A DNA stretch of 61,177 bases, filler included, from Hausera hauseri (Eukaryota), in the NCBI GenBank assembly GCA_046269625.1. It is 9 parts of 9 records of this genome, joined end to end, with 100 filler letters (N's around TTAATTAATTAA, not from the genome) between each part and the next. Parts side by side here need not be neighbours in the genome. Positions count along the whole stretch, not along the records: positions 1 to 10,398 come from JBJURY010195525.1; positions 10,499 to 15,587 come from JBJURY010339602.1; 7 more parts are not named here. One strand, 5' to 3'. The position numbers and the translations under genes were made by a program. The notes beneath the pieces are model-generated. The model saw only the letters and a program-made list of their open reading frames with translations. It made no database searches and was not told the DNA's origin. The number at the start of each line of letters is the position of its first letter. The stretch's first letter is position 1. Shown one piece after another: positions 1-10,867 of this stretch.

Positions 1-1009
1 TCAATGGACTGAGACAATTACTGACTGAAAGAAATGCAGTATAGGAATAATGTACAAGTGCCATACAATTATCAAAATGCCAATTATTGAAAATTTGGCT
101 GTCCAGATAATTTTCATAGAAACACATGAAATTCTGTTCTTTAATTTTTGTTGCACTTAAGTTAGGAACGTTTTTTCTTTTATGGTTCAACCAAAGCAAT
201 GAATTTAATATGGTCTGTACTTTTGCTTGAATAATTGTTGGTTGGTACTTGTTCACTATCCCCATATTCCAGTATGGATTTTTTTGGTGTAAGAGGGCAA
301 TAGACTGACGATACGTTGAAATAAATGCGAAGAAAAGTCGAAGAGGGGGCTTTAAAAGTTGTAGAGAGGGCTTTTCCTGTATCACTTATGCAGTATCTCC
401 CCTTCAATGTTGGTATTTCACTTCCATGTCATCAACAGTAAAGGTGATGAATTTTCATGTTAAAATTGTCTGGATTCTTATAAAATATGGCAAAATGAAT
501 GCTGTACGCATATTTGAATAGTTAGTAAATCAAAAAAGCACCAAGAAGGACTCGCAGGATGATACTGCACAAGTGCCATATTTATAAAGTGGTTTTATTT
601 ACATATTATTTTATCTGTTTATTGTTTTATTTATTTATTCATTATTGGGTTAAAATAGTGCCAGTGTGCGGGTTTAGAAGTTTAGGACACGTGTGCACTT
701 TGTGTGATTCGTCACATTGATACGTATTCATTATTCGCCGTACGAGAAAATTTATGTGACTTTTTATAATTCGTTAAATTTCTTTCTAAATGTGCACCGA
801 ATCTAATTCATATCAGTGATGAGTCATCAGTGATTAGTCACCATAGTTGGAATATTTGGTTGGGGTTTTTGTTTGATTTGACGGAGGAATAACGATGCAA
901 TTGTGAATTATGTGAAATAAATTGACATGAAACGTTAACAAACGGTAAAAATTTCTTTGTTAATAATAATTCCGTACTGCGGTGGTGCTGGTGCTGATGC
1001 TGGTGGTCA

Positions 1010-1183
1010 CGGGGGGATAGTGACTAAGTACCCATAAAGTATGTGTTTGTGCTGTATAGTGCACAAGTGCCGCCGTTTTTCCATCAATTTTCCTATCGAT
1101 TGGCAATAATTATTTTTACCTGTGATTAGCCGTTGAATTACCCATTTGTCCATTTATTCGAGCACTTATACCATATCCCCCCC
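1010..1183. mobile_element. Small MITE-like element with imperfect terminal inverted repeats
   Basis: Left end CGGGGGGATAGTGACTAAGTAC is inverted relative to right end GCACTTATACCATATCCCCCCCG. It contains the TGCACAAGTGCC motif that recurs in both orientations across contig A. Confidence 0.4.
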
Positions 1184-1678
1184 GCAGGCACACACACACT
1201 GCATGCCCCGCACCAACTCCCTCCTCAATCATTATTGGTATTATTTCATTTCCATGTCATCCTAATGAAATTCCACAGTCAGTACAAATGATTGGGCATT
1301 TCATAGAATACGTTTCAGTGGGTAGTAAAATGAACAAGTTCCGAAAGGCCGATCGACGTGATACTGCACAAGTACGGAAATTAACAATTTTTATCAATTT
1401 TCCTCACATGTTTATTATTGTTACATTAACAAAATAGCGGTATTGAAAATTCATGAAATGTACGGCACTTGTGCACTTTATGGTTCCCTCATGAGTTATG
1501 AATCAGCGATTATGAGTCACAATGTACAGAATCTGTGGTCGGAGTTTGCTGCTCGATTGTACGAACGACAGACTGCTCTCATTGACAAAATTTCCGAAAT
1601 ACTTTAAAAACTATTAAAATTATTTTTGTAAATAATGGGAGATAAAGAATAAGTGTACCAAATGAGCTGTGGCACATA

Positions 1679-4600
1679 ATGCTGAAGTGCCGTTTTCCAA
1701 TTAATTTTTCTACCGTAAACGACCACCAACAATTCAGATCCGCTGAAATAATTCCCGACGACACAGACCAATCAGAAGAAAACAACAATTTACCCGTCAA
1801 AATGTCCGATGAATCACAGAAAGACGATTGCATTGTCAGTTCGGATTCGGACGACGACGTTGAAATCATTCCACCAGCTTCATTTGTCAACGACATTACG
1901 TATCGTCAGTTGAAAGTCGCTGCCGTTATGAGTAAATGTCGAGTAGTTGTCAATCGTCTGACTGACAACGAAATCGCTCGTTATACGCATAAACCACTTG
2001 GTAAAAGACCAACAACAACAGCAAAAAAATCAAAACCAAACGTGAAAAGAACGCCTAAACAAACGGAAATAAAAGAAAAGCCAAAGAGAAAGAAAGAAAC
2101 GAAGAAAAAAGAAACGACGAGAAAAACAGCTGAAGGAAAACCGATCAAATTAGAAATCATCCTGACCGATAGTGATCAAGAATCAACGGAACAAACAGAA
2201 AATCTGACAACAGTTATCAAAGAAGATTGTGAGAAAGCGGATCCGATCAGAACCAGAAGTTTAATGAAAGAAATCAATAAAGCGCGGTTATTATCGGATC
2301 AAAGTGATCGTGAAAATTCTCCGACGAAAAAAACCAAAACAGAAACAACAGAAACGTCATTAGTCTACAAATCGGAGGCAGTTGAAAACGCGGAAGAAAC
2401 TGAAGGAGACAAAAACGAAAATGGAAAAAATAAAGATTCCGACACTCCAGTCGTTGATACGATAAATCTGGATTCCGATGAGAGTCTAATCGAACCACCA
2501 ATCAAACTGCAGCTCTGGGAACCATCGAAAGACGAATCGGAATCGAAGCAAAACAAATCAAAGAACAACAAAAATGTCAAATCTAAAGATGAACAATGTT
2601 GCGTGAAAACCAAAGACGATATTTTAACAAAACTCCGGAAGAAAATGAAGAATAAAGAAAAAGAGAAATTAAACCAAACAAAAAATGATAATGGGAAAAA
2701 GAAAATGTCAGTAGAAGTGTCACGGAACCAAGATTGGGTCAAAAGCAATACAGTGAAAGATGCAAAATGTTCTTATGATATTCTGTTCTCTAAGAAAATC
2801 GACATTTTTAGTTCGGGTTTCAAAATTTCCAAGAAAAATAGTTCGAAAGTCAGAGAAAGAGACGATTTTGATGATTGGTGTACGGATAATCGGACAGAAG
2901 TGAACAAGGAGTTAATATCGAAAGAACAAACGATGGATGGTGACAACGATTCCGCTGACAGATGGATCGGAGCTGATGATGATTCGGATGGCGATGATGA
3001 TGATAATAAGATGGCCGACGTTGTTGTTTCGAAAGTTGATCAAGTGTTTGGAAAAAAGAATGGTGAATCAGGAGAGAAGAAAGTTGACGATGATGATGAT
3101 GAAGATGATGCAAATGCCTGGTATAAAAGTGATAATGGTCCTGATGATTATCCATGCAATACGGGGACTGATGTAAACGAATCATGTAATGATGTGGGGA
3201 AGGTTGGATCTCCTGCTTCAGATTGTGAGTCTGATGATTTCGGTGCTTGGAATAAGGACGTAGGAAAGAATTCTGGTGATGAAACTGACAATGGGAATAA
3301 ACAGAAACAACAAGAAGACAATCGGAATGATAGGGATAAAAACTGTTGGGTGAAGAAAAACACGGGAAATTTCAGGCGTAATAAGTCGAATGGTGCCGAG
3401 GATGAAGGATCTTGGCGGAAAGGAAAAAATAATGAGGAAAATGACAATGAAGATGAGGAAGGTTCTTGGAATAATGTAGATGGACGTGATGGTGGTGAAT
3501 GGTCAGGGTCGTGTAATAGGGATAGAAATAACGAGGATGGAGATAAGAGTTATGGTAATGGTGATTCTTGGAGTAAGAATTATGAAGAAGAAGGTTGTGG
3601 ATCGTGGGGCAATAAAGATGACAGTAAGAATGAAGGAAGGTGTTGGAGAAGAGGTAATATGGGTAGGAATAACAATAGGCGACCGCGCGGGAGAAGGGGG
3701 AATAATTATCGAATGCGCGGCAGAGGTAGAGGAGAAGAACGTGGAGAAAATTCCAGATCGTATGGATTCAGTAGAGATGGGCAGATGGATAATGAAGATG
3801 GGAATCGTCGATGTAGGAATGACGATTTGGCGGGGTTTGATGATATCGATAACGACATTGACGTTATCACGGAATTGCCGCTGCTCGATGAAGGAAAGGA
3901 AAACGATTTTGAGTTGCAAGAAATGAAATTGCGTGGACCACGGAGATGGTACATGCGTGACATTGAGAATCCGTTCATTGGCGATGAAGTTCTTGGTGAT
4001 TCGTTGGTAACGAGTGGCAATAATGGCATTGCAATGATGGACACAAAGATAAACAGCAATAATAAGCAGCTCGATAATAAACCAAACACGGATGATAGTC
4101 AATTGAAATTTGCCGATCTTGTTGAACAGAACTTAATCAAACCATCAGAAAGTATCCGAGTGACATCTCCAGATATGGAGATTTTAGAGAGTTGGGTTGA
4201 TGCTAATCCACCTATCAACAGACAGAAGACGAAACCAAAAACCAACAGTAATTTACGATCGGATTACATTCTGCCACCACAAAAGGATTGCCGATACAAT
4301 TCTCGTCTTAACATGTATTTCGCATCTCCACCAAAGAACGGACTATCGAATTACGAACATTGGACTCCACCGAAAGGCAGTTGGAAAAGTTTATTGGCGA
4401 AGAACACAGAACCAATGTACGATGGGTCAGTGGAACAAGAAATATCGGTGAATCCGTATCACATTGATCCATACTTTGAGGAGTACTATAACAACCATGG
4501 TGGATACGGAATGGTGTCAGATGATCCTGGATATCCCGGTGGATCTATGGACTTTTATTTTGATTCTGGACAGCCATACTCTGATATGGATAACTACTAT

Positions 4601-4867
4601 TGGTATGATGAATCCATGGGTCCGTATCCGTGGGTCGATAACGGATATGGATCATGTGCTGCTGCACCAGATGTCATGTTTGATCCCATGTACAACATGA
4701 CATCATTTTATTCCACCAAGGCCCCTTATTTCAACATCAGCAACGTCCCATGGACAAGCAATCATCCAATTGTCAGAAAACAAGAATCTATTCCACCAAC
4801 ACCGGCATCCCCTGATCCAGAAGGTGCAACATCCAGCAATAGTAATAATAATAATAATCCCAATTAA
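1679..4867 (+). CDS. Intronless 1062-aa low-complexity, probably disordered protein (Lys-rich, acidic, Trp/Gly-rich, RG-rich, Tyr/Pro-rich C-terminus); the start may be the Met at 1802
   Basis: A 3.2-kb uninterrupted ORF in very AT-rich DNA, with higher GC and purine bias than its flanks. No recognisable globular domain. Confidence 0.75.
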   Translation: MLKCRFPINFSTVNDHQQFRSAEIIPDDTDQSEENNNLPVKMSDESQKDDCIVSSDSDDDVEIIPPASFVNDITYRQLKVAAVMSKCRVVVNRLTDNEIARYTHKPLGKRPTTTAKKSKPNVKRTPKQTEIKEKPKRKKETKKKETTRKTAEGKPIKLEIILTDSDQESTEQTENLTTVIKEDCEKADPIRTRSLMKEINKARLLSDQSDRENSPTKKTKTETTETSLVYKSEAVENAEETEGDKNENGKNKDSDTPVVDTINLDSDESLIEPPIKLQLWEPSKDESESKQNKSKNNKNVKSKDEQCCVKTKDDILTKLRKKMKNKEKEKLNQTKNDNGKKKMSVEVSRNQDWVKSNTVKDAKCSYDILFSKKIDIFSSGFKISKKNSSKVRERDDFDDWCTDNRTEVNKELISKEQTMDGDNDSADRWIGADDDSDGDDDDNKMADVVVSKVDQVFGKKNGESGEKKVDDDDDEDDANAWYKSDNGPDDYPCNTGTDVNESCNDVGKVGSPASDCESDDFGAWNKDVGKNSGDETDNGNKQKQQEDNRNDRDKNCWVKKNTGNFRRNKSNGAEDEGSWRKGKNNEENDNEDEEGSWNNVDGRDGGEWSGSCNRDRNNEDGDKSYGNGDSWSKNYEEEGCGSWGNKDDSKNEGRCWRRGNMGRNNNRRPRGRRGNNYRMRGRGRGEERGENSRSYGFSRDGQMDNEDGNRRCRNDDLAGFDDIDNDIDVITELPLLDEGKENDFELQEMKLRGPRRWYMRDIENPFIGDEVLGDSLVTSGNNGIAMMDTKINSNNKQLDNKPNTDDSQLKFADLVEQNLIKPSESIRVTSPDMEILESWVDANPPINRQKTKPKTNSNLRSDYILPPQKDCRYNSRLNMYFASPPKNGLSNYEHWTPPKGSWKSLLAKNTEPMYDGSVEQEISVNPYHIDPYFEEYYNNHGGYGMVSDDPGYPGGSMDFYFDSGQPYSDMDNYYWYDESMGPYPWVDNGYGSCAAAPDVMFDPMYNMTSFYSTKAPYFNISNVPWTSNHPIVRKQESIPPTPASPDPEGATSSNSNNNNNPN

Positions 4868-5329
4868 TGAATCTCGGTGTTTGCATGTACATACATAATA
4901 CTGTTCCCCTTCTCGTCGTCCTCCTCATTTCGAATAATCTGATGTATATTTTTGTATATTTGGCTTAGATGTCGTATTTTATTCGTGATTCGATTTCTTT
5001 GCAGCTTCTGATGTTTTGATGTTTTTTATTCTTCTGTTTCGGGCCCTCTTTCTATCTATCTCTATCTATATATATATCTCGGGTGGCCCAACATCTAATT
5101 TATCGCTGACACGCTGATGTTTTAAATACAACTTGATTTTTTCTTTGGCTTTCATTTGTTCCCTTTTCGGATTATTTGTATTGGAATAGACCGGGTGGGT
5201 AAATTGACCATAAAACCAGCCTTATTCAAAATCCAAGTATTGAAGAACATTGTTCAAGAATTTTAAATGGAAATTAATATTCATAGCAAGCATAAATAAT
5301 TTGACGCAATTGATATTCAGTGAATCTAA

Positions 5330-6010
5330 CGAGGAAACGAATTTTATTGTAAATCTGTTTTTTTGTAACAAATAGTCAGAGAGACGTGCAAAATATAATG
5401 ATGATTAATAATATGAGAAAATTGTTGAACATTTCTTTTGTGGAATTTGTTAAAATTTATAATTCAATGAAGGTGGGGAATATTGTACAAGTACCATAAA
5501 TGAGGAATTTTACTGTAAATACGGGACATTTTTATAACAAATAGCCAAAGACACATGCAAAATATAATGATAATTATTAATATGAAAATACTTTTTGCTG
5601 AGCCTTTAAATGTAACAGCAATTGGCACTTGTTCAAATTTGCCTCACTATGTTTAGAAATTTCCAACTTTAACAACCTTTTTTTGAGTGAATGTTTTTTA
5701 ATATTCGATTTACAAAGTTTCCTTCATGTACTGACAAAATAAAAAATATCCATCGAATATAGTTCTGTGGTCAGTCATGCAATTGTGACGGAACGTCAAG
5801 AAAACATTAAAAATTGAATATTAAAAAAAACCAACTCGAGAAAAAAATTTGAACAAGTGCGAATTGTTTCTACATTTGAAGGCTTCAAATGCATTATTTT
5901 GGCTTTCTCGGCGAACATTTCCTCATATTATTAACCATCATTATATTTTGCACATCTCTCTGACTATTTCTTATAAAGAACCCAGATTTACAGTAAAATT
6001 CGTTTCATCA
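5330..6010. repeat. Fold-back / nested MITE-like inverted repeat
   Basis: Segments 5330-5420 and 5500-5640 (e.g. AAATAGTCAGAGAGACGTGCAAAATATAATGATG...GGCACTTGTTCAAATTT) match the reverse complement of 5845-6010. Confidence 0.7.
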
Positions 6011-8641
6011 TAAGCACTTTAAATATCCGTAATTTAATATAACCGTATTTGGTTTACCGTCAAAATCGCCGATCAAAGCGCTTCGATGAAAAGAGCCAAT
6101 TACATAATCACAGTGAAAAATTTAATACTATTCTTGTAATAAAATCGAAATTTGAAATGTATTTCCTGATTATTATTTCAAAATTATTTTATCGATTTTA
6201 ATAAAATGCCTGAATTTACTGAAAACGTATTTGAGCGGGGAATATCGAATAAGTACCAAAATGTCAGCAAATGTAGTTTAGCCCCCATGGACTAACACAG
6301 CATTACAACACTTGGGAAAAATTTCATGGTTGTCTATAAATTACTTTCTCGATGAAAGAGCAATGCTGACTTTTGTTGTTTGTTTTTTTACGCAATGTTC
6401 CAAACCGAATTAATGTGAGTTTTCATCAAATACGACAAGAATGTTGCATGTTTATCGAATGATCAAAGTTTCTGGTCAGATTCCACGAAAGAGAATTTTC
6501 GAAAGATTTAAAACGATGGTAGCATCGGAAATGATCATGAAGGTAAACAAATCATGTTGCATTTAGATGAGTATAGTACTTCTAAATATTGTATTTAAAA
6601 ATATTATTTCATTGCCTTTAACTGAATGTTCCAATGCTTAAATATCGCAACTGTTATGAAATCCATCTGTATCGACGTGAGACGTGAACTAATTAGGATG
6701 ACACAATCAAATATAGTCATTGTGCACTTTTACACACAAGACAAAAACAGTGATTATACAAAATATTGCAGCTGGTTTTATGACATCGATTTTTTTCTGA
6801 TTATTTATACATATAGATTTTCAGGTAAGACTAGTTATGTGGAATAAATCGGTTTTAATGAAATAAGTAGTTTATCAAAGATATATTTATTTATCGATTA
6901 TATTTTATAATGAATACAAATTATTTTAAGACCATTATTCAACTTCATTACACAAATAAGTTTTTATAAACAAAACCTGTATATAAATAATAAAAAAATC
7001 TAGGTCACGAAGTAATCTGTTATTAGGAAGGTGCAATATTTTTCATAATCAATGTAGGATCAAAATTTAAAATGATAAAATGTTAAAATTAGAAAAATAT
7101 TTATTTTTAGTAAAAAATACTTTTATTTTGTTTTCAGTAAAAAGTGACTATTATATCTTGGATAAGCAAGTTCCATAGATAAAATAAAACAATTGCACAA
7201 CTTTATTATTCAAATCACGTTTATAATTGTTTGAAATAACGTTTGGGTTTCTGAATAAACCACATATTTTACAGGAATTAACGGTTTTCTAAATAATAAA
7301 ACTAAACCATAAAAATGTTCGAATATTTGTAAAAAAACTTCAGAAAAGTAGGTTACAAAATAAATGAAACATAATCAAAGTTAAAAAAATAAAAATTCTA
7401 AACAAACATTTGCGGTTCTTTATTTTGTAACACTGAAATTAAATAATAATTAATCGATAGATAAAAATAATAATAATTACTTCGGCTTCATTAAATGATT
7501 CACAGCAGTCTTTCTAAATAAAGAAGTAAAATGAACGTTCCGTTTATATATTGGGAACTACATGCGCAATTATTACGTAATATTACATATTAAGACTAGA
7601 ATAATTATTACTTAAAAAATCCTGAGTGATTCAAGCAAGAGCACTGTGGTGCCCACATTGACTCACCCAAAAATATCAGAAAATATTTATCAATTATATA
7701 GTGATTTTCGTTCTTTGAATATTCAGCATATGTGTGGAAATTAAATAAAAACTTTTATGACTTGTAATTTTCTCGATGATAATCAAATTATTCATATTGG
7801 ATTTATTATAAATGTATTCAATGTCCAGTCAAATTCTGTCAAAAAATATTATCGAATTAACCGAAACAAATTTGGATATTTTAAAGCTTACAAAACATGA
7901 TCGAAACAAAATGACATTTTCACAAGCACCCTACTGATAATCAGGTTTATACAAGTACTGATTAATAATATGAAAAATATTTTTGTAAAGAAAGCAACGA
8001 GTATGCAATAAGACTTTCTAAATGTTACGTCCTTTTGCACTTATTCAATTGCCTCAAAACATGCAAATTTTCGTTTCTTTTTTCAATTAATATTTTACTA
8101 AAGTCAAATTTCCAGTTAGTCATTCAAAGTACAATGCATTCGTCTAATTATCAGTTACATCAGTAATATACAATATATAAAAGCCACACCAAAATAATTA
8201 AAGACTTACCGTAAAGTTGCACTGAAATAAATACAATAATCAAAAAGGTCAACTTCAATAGAAGAAAAATGCTTAATATTATGTCAAAAGTTACTTATTA
8301 ATAATACAACTAATATTCTTATGACTATGAACAAATATTTTAAAATATAAGAAAGTTTGATTCAGTACTAAAATAAAATCAATATTATAAAAATGGATTT
8401 GTATTAAATTTTATTCTTATCAGTAAAAACACTTGAGATTTTGATCACTAACTACGGCCGATAGACACACTAACACGGTGAGGTCGACAACAGCACACAA
8501 ACGCGATCGATAAGATAAACGTGAAACTTTTACGTATTGTTGATTAAATTGATCGCCTATAGTAAAACACACATAATATATCTCACGATCAATTTTCTTA
8601 CAAAGGTTATAGACGAATTAATTTATTCACAGTTACTATGC

Positions 8642-8677
8642 TATTTAAACTGCAACTTAAAATAATTTTGATCACTT
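8642..8677 (+). promoter_or_regulatory. Putative Pol II core promoter of the Rep-like gene
   Basis: TATTTAAA at 8642, an Inr-like TCACTT 30 bp downstream at 8672, and AAAATG start at 8685. Confidence 0.4.
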
Positions 8678-8684
8678 CATTAAA

Positions 8685-10072
8685 ATGGAACCATCGACAA
8701 GCAATATGAATTACGACCGAAATGCAAACAGCGACGATTTCATACAGGAATGCATTAACGAATTTAAGGCAAAACAGAAAATTAAAATGCGTGAAAAGGT
8801 AACATTAATTTTTAAATTCATTTTACATAATATTTACAGTATAAAAATAACATAACAATTTCATCCGACCCTAATGCTCCTACTATGTTTCCTACAGTCA
8901 ATGCTGAAACACAAGCTCTGCAAAATCGAACCCCCTTTGATATTTATCAACTCGCAGAACCCACAAATAACAATACTTTCAGGCATTTTGCCGGGGTAAT
9001 GAATCTTACTAATACAACCGATATTCTTGACGAAATAACACCACAAATCAGGAAACTATATGAAATTAACGCTTACGTCAGATATCAAGAAGAAATATCA
9101 CCTTCCGGCTTTAGACACCTTCATGTCTTGATATATACCCCTCAGCCAAAAAGGCTATCATCAATGAGGGAAAGAACGGGTATCCAATATCTTCTGGCAA
9201 CAAGGGCGGAAATTTTCCCCCTTTATAAATATCATTTTAAACCCAAAATGGATAATGTATTCATACTGCAAGTGGGTAAACCTCCTATAGATGTGCACAG
9301 GGAAACCTCAACGAAAAAAGCACTCTATAAGGAGTTTGACGACGCCCCGAACGCAAAGGAGGCGATGGCTATAATGAAGGAGGGTGACCGGGCGGAATAC
9401 ATAACCCGGCAACGCCTTCTAACAAATTACATTACCAAAAAATTCCAAGCCCCTATCGAAATCGACCAATCATTAACGTTCACTATTCCGAGGATCAAAT
9501 TTTGCCCCTAGCATGGGGTAAATACAGCTATATTGTTTGGGAGCAGCAATATAGGAAAAACTACGTTCGCGCTCGCCCACGGAAAAAATCCGCTTCTTCT
9601 CCACTCCGTTCACGACACCCCGAACGAGTGGAATGAGACAAATGATTTAGTGATTTACGATGACGTGGGCTTTGCCGGTGCAAGCCCTGACACATTCTTA
9701 AATATTTTGCAGGTTATTATTGTTATTATTATTATTATCAAATAATCCCTATATTAGAGCAACCACAAGCAAGACAACCGATCGATCAGAGGGTTGTACA
9801 AATCAGTCTTGATCCCCAGCAGAGTGCCAATAATCTTTACGTACAACGCCGAGCAGAATTTTTGGCCGAGAAAAATGGATATCACGCAAAAAGAGGCGTG
9901 TATTAAACGTTGTTTAATATACAATCTCGACAACTTCATGTTGTACCGGTCAACTCAGCCCAGAACAAATTTTTTGACTCAGAATATTATAAATGTGGCC
10001 GATTTGGAACTTAATGATCTTTTGCCGCATGGTAGTATTGTACATGAGGACCACATAGATATTGGCCAATAA
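8685..10072 (+). pseudogene. rep: Endogenous CRESS-DNA-virus-like Rep (HUH endonuclease + SF3 helicase); exons 8685-8798, 8840-9712, 9758-10072; one in-frame TAG at 9509-9511
   Basis: Motif II YQEEISPSGFRHLHVLI (HUH), motif III YHFK, motif I-like RHFAGVMN, Walker A GSSNIGKT, Walker B VIYDD, motif C IIFTYN, Arg-finger-like ACIKR. Two GT-AG introns (41 and 45 bp, both phase 0) restore a single reading frame. Confidence 0.85.
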
Positions 10073-10073
10073 A
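10068..10073 (+). terminator. AATAAA polyadenylation signal overlapping the Rep stop codon
   Basis: CAATAAA contains the TAA stop and is followed by T/GT-rich sequence. Confidence 0.45.
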
Positions 10074-10398
10074 CTTTTCTTACCGTGTTCTTTATTTTCA
10101 ATGGTTGTTATTTTTAGTTTATTGATTTTATATAAATGTCATCCTCAATCGAACAAACTGATATCATGCCGCCAGCTAAATGTTTCCACATAAAATTTGG
10201 TCAATCAAAAATGAATTATTACACACAAGCAATATCACAATATCTGGCAATATCACACTTAGTTTAGCTTTACAAGAATAGCTGAATGACAAACGAAAAA
10301 GAAAGCTATATTATTAAAAATATAATTTCCGTAAATGGCCTCACTAAATATATTCACTTTAATTTACTCTATATAGTTTAATATCTAATGCAAACACT

Positions 10399-10498
10399 NN
10401 NNNNNNNNNNNNNNNNNNNNNNNNNNNNNNNNNNNNNNNNNNTTAATTAATTAANNNNNNNNNNNNNNNNNNNNNNNNNNNNNNNNNNNNNNNNNNNN
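10399..10498. other. Artificial contig linker
   Basis: N44-TTAATTAATTAA-N44, with stops in all six frames. Confidence 0.97.
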
Positions 10499-10567
10499 GC
10501 CTATGGACATTATTCAATTTTATGTGAATAAATTTTTATTCCTTATTTCTCATTAAAGGGAATACCG

Positions 10568-10656
10568 CTTTGTTCTGGAGTGGGAATAGTGAAAACCAAT
10601 TGGCCCCAAAACCCTTTGTTCCGGGGTGGGAATAGTGAAACCCATTTGGCCGCAAA
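10568..10656 (+). repeat. Two-copy 46-bp tandem repeat, possibly a Polinton subterminal repeat
   Basis: CTTTGTTCnGGnGTGGGAATAGTGAAAnCCAnTTGGCCnCAAA at 10568 and 10614. Confidence 0.7.
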
Positions 10657-10867
10657 GCTCTCTGATTCGTCCTCTACTCCCATTAACTTACTTTCTTCCC
10701 CCGATGACGTGTCCTCTTCCCATTCGACAGTTTTCCTTCCCCGCGATGAAGTGTTCTCCTCCTATTGGTTTCCTTCCTTCCCTGGGGGGGTTTGGGGCAA
10801 ACTCCTCCCTTCCTACTACTGCCATGTATTTAGTTTAATTAATGCGTTAAAACAAAAGCGAATTGAA

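Noticed and set aside
2274-4700. Overlapping alternative-frame and antisense ORFs within the 1062-aa ORF
   Set aside because: Shadow ORFs produced by GAT/AAT-rich low-complexity coding sequence.
7578-7586. TAATATTAC geminivirus-type nonanucleotide 1.1 kb upstream of Rep
   Set aside because: There is no flanking stem, the context is very AT-rich, and the same 9-mer also occurs at about 34240 in an unrelated contig.
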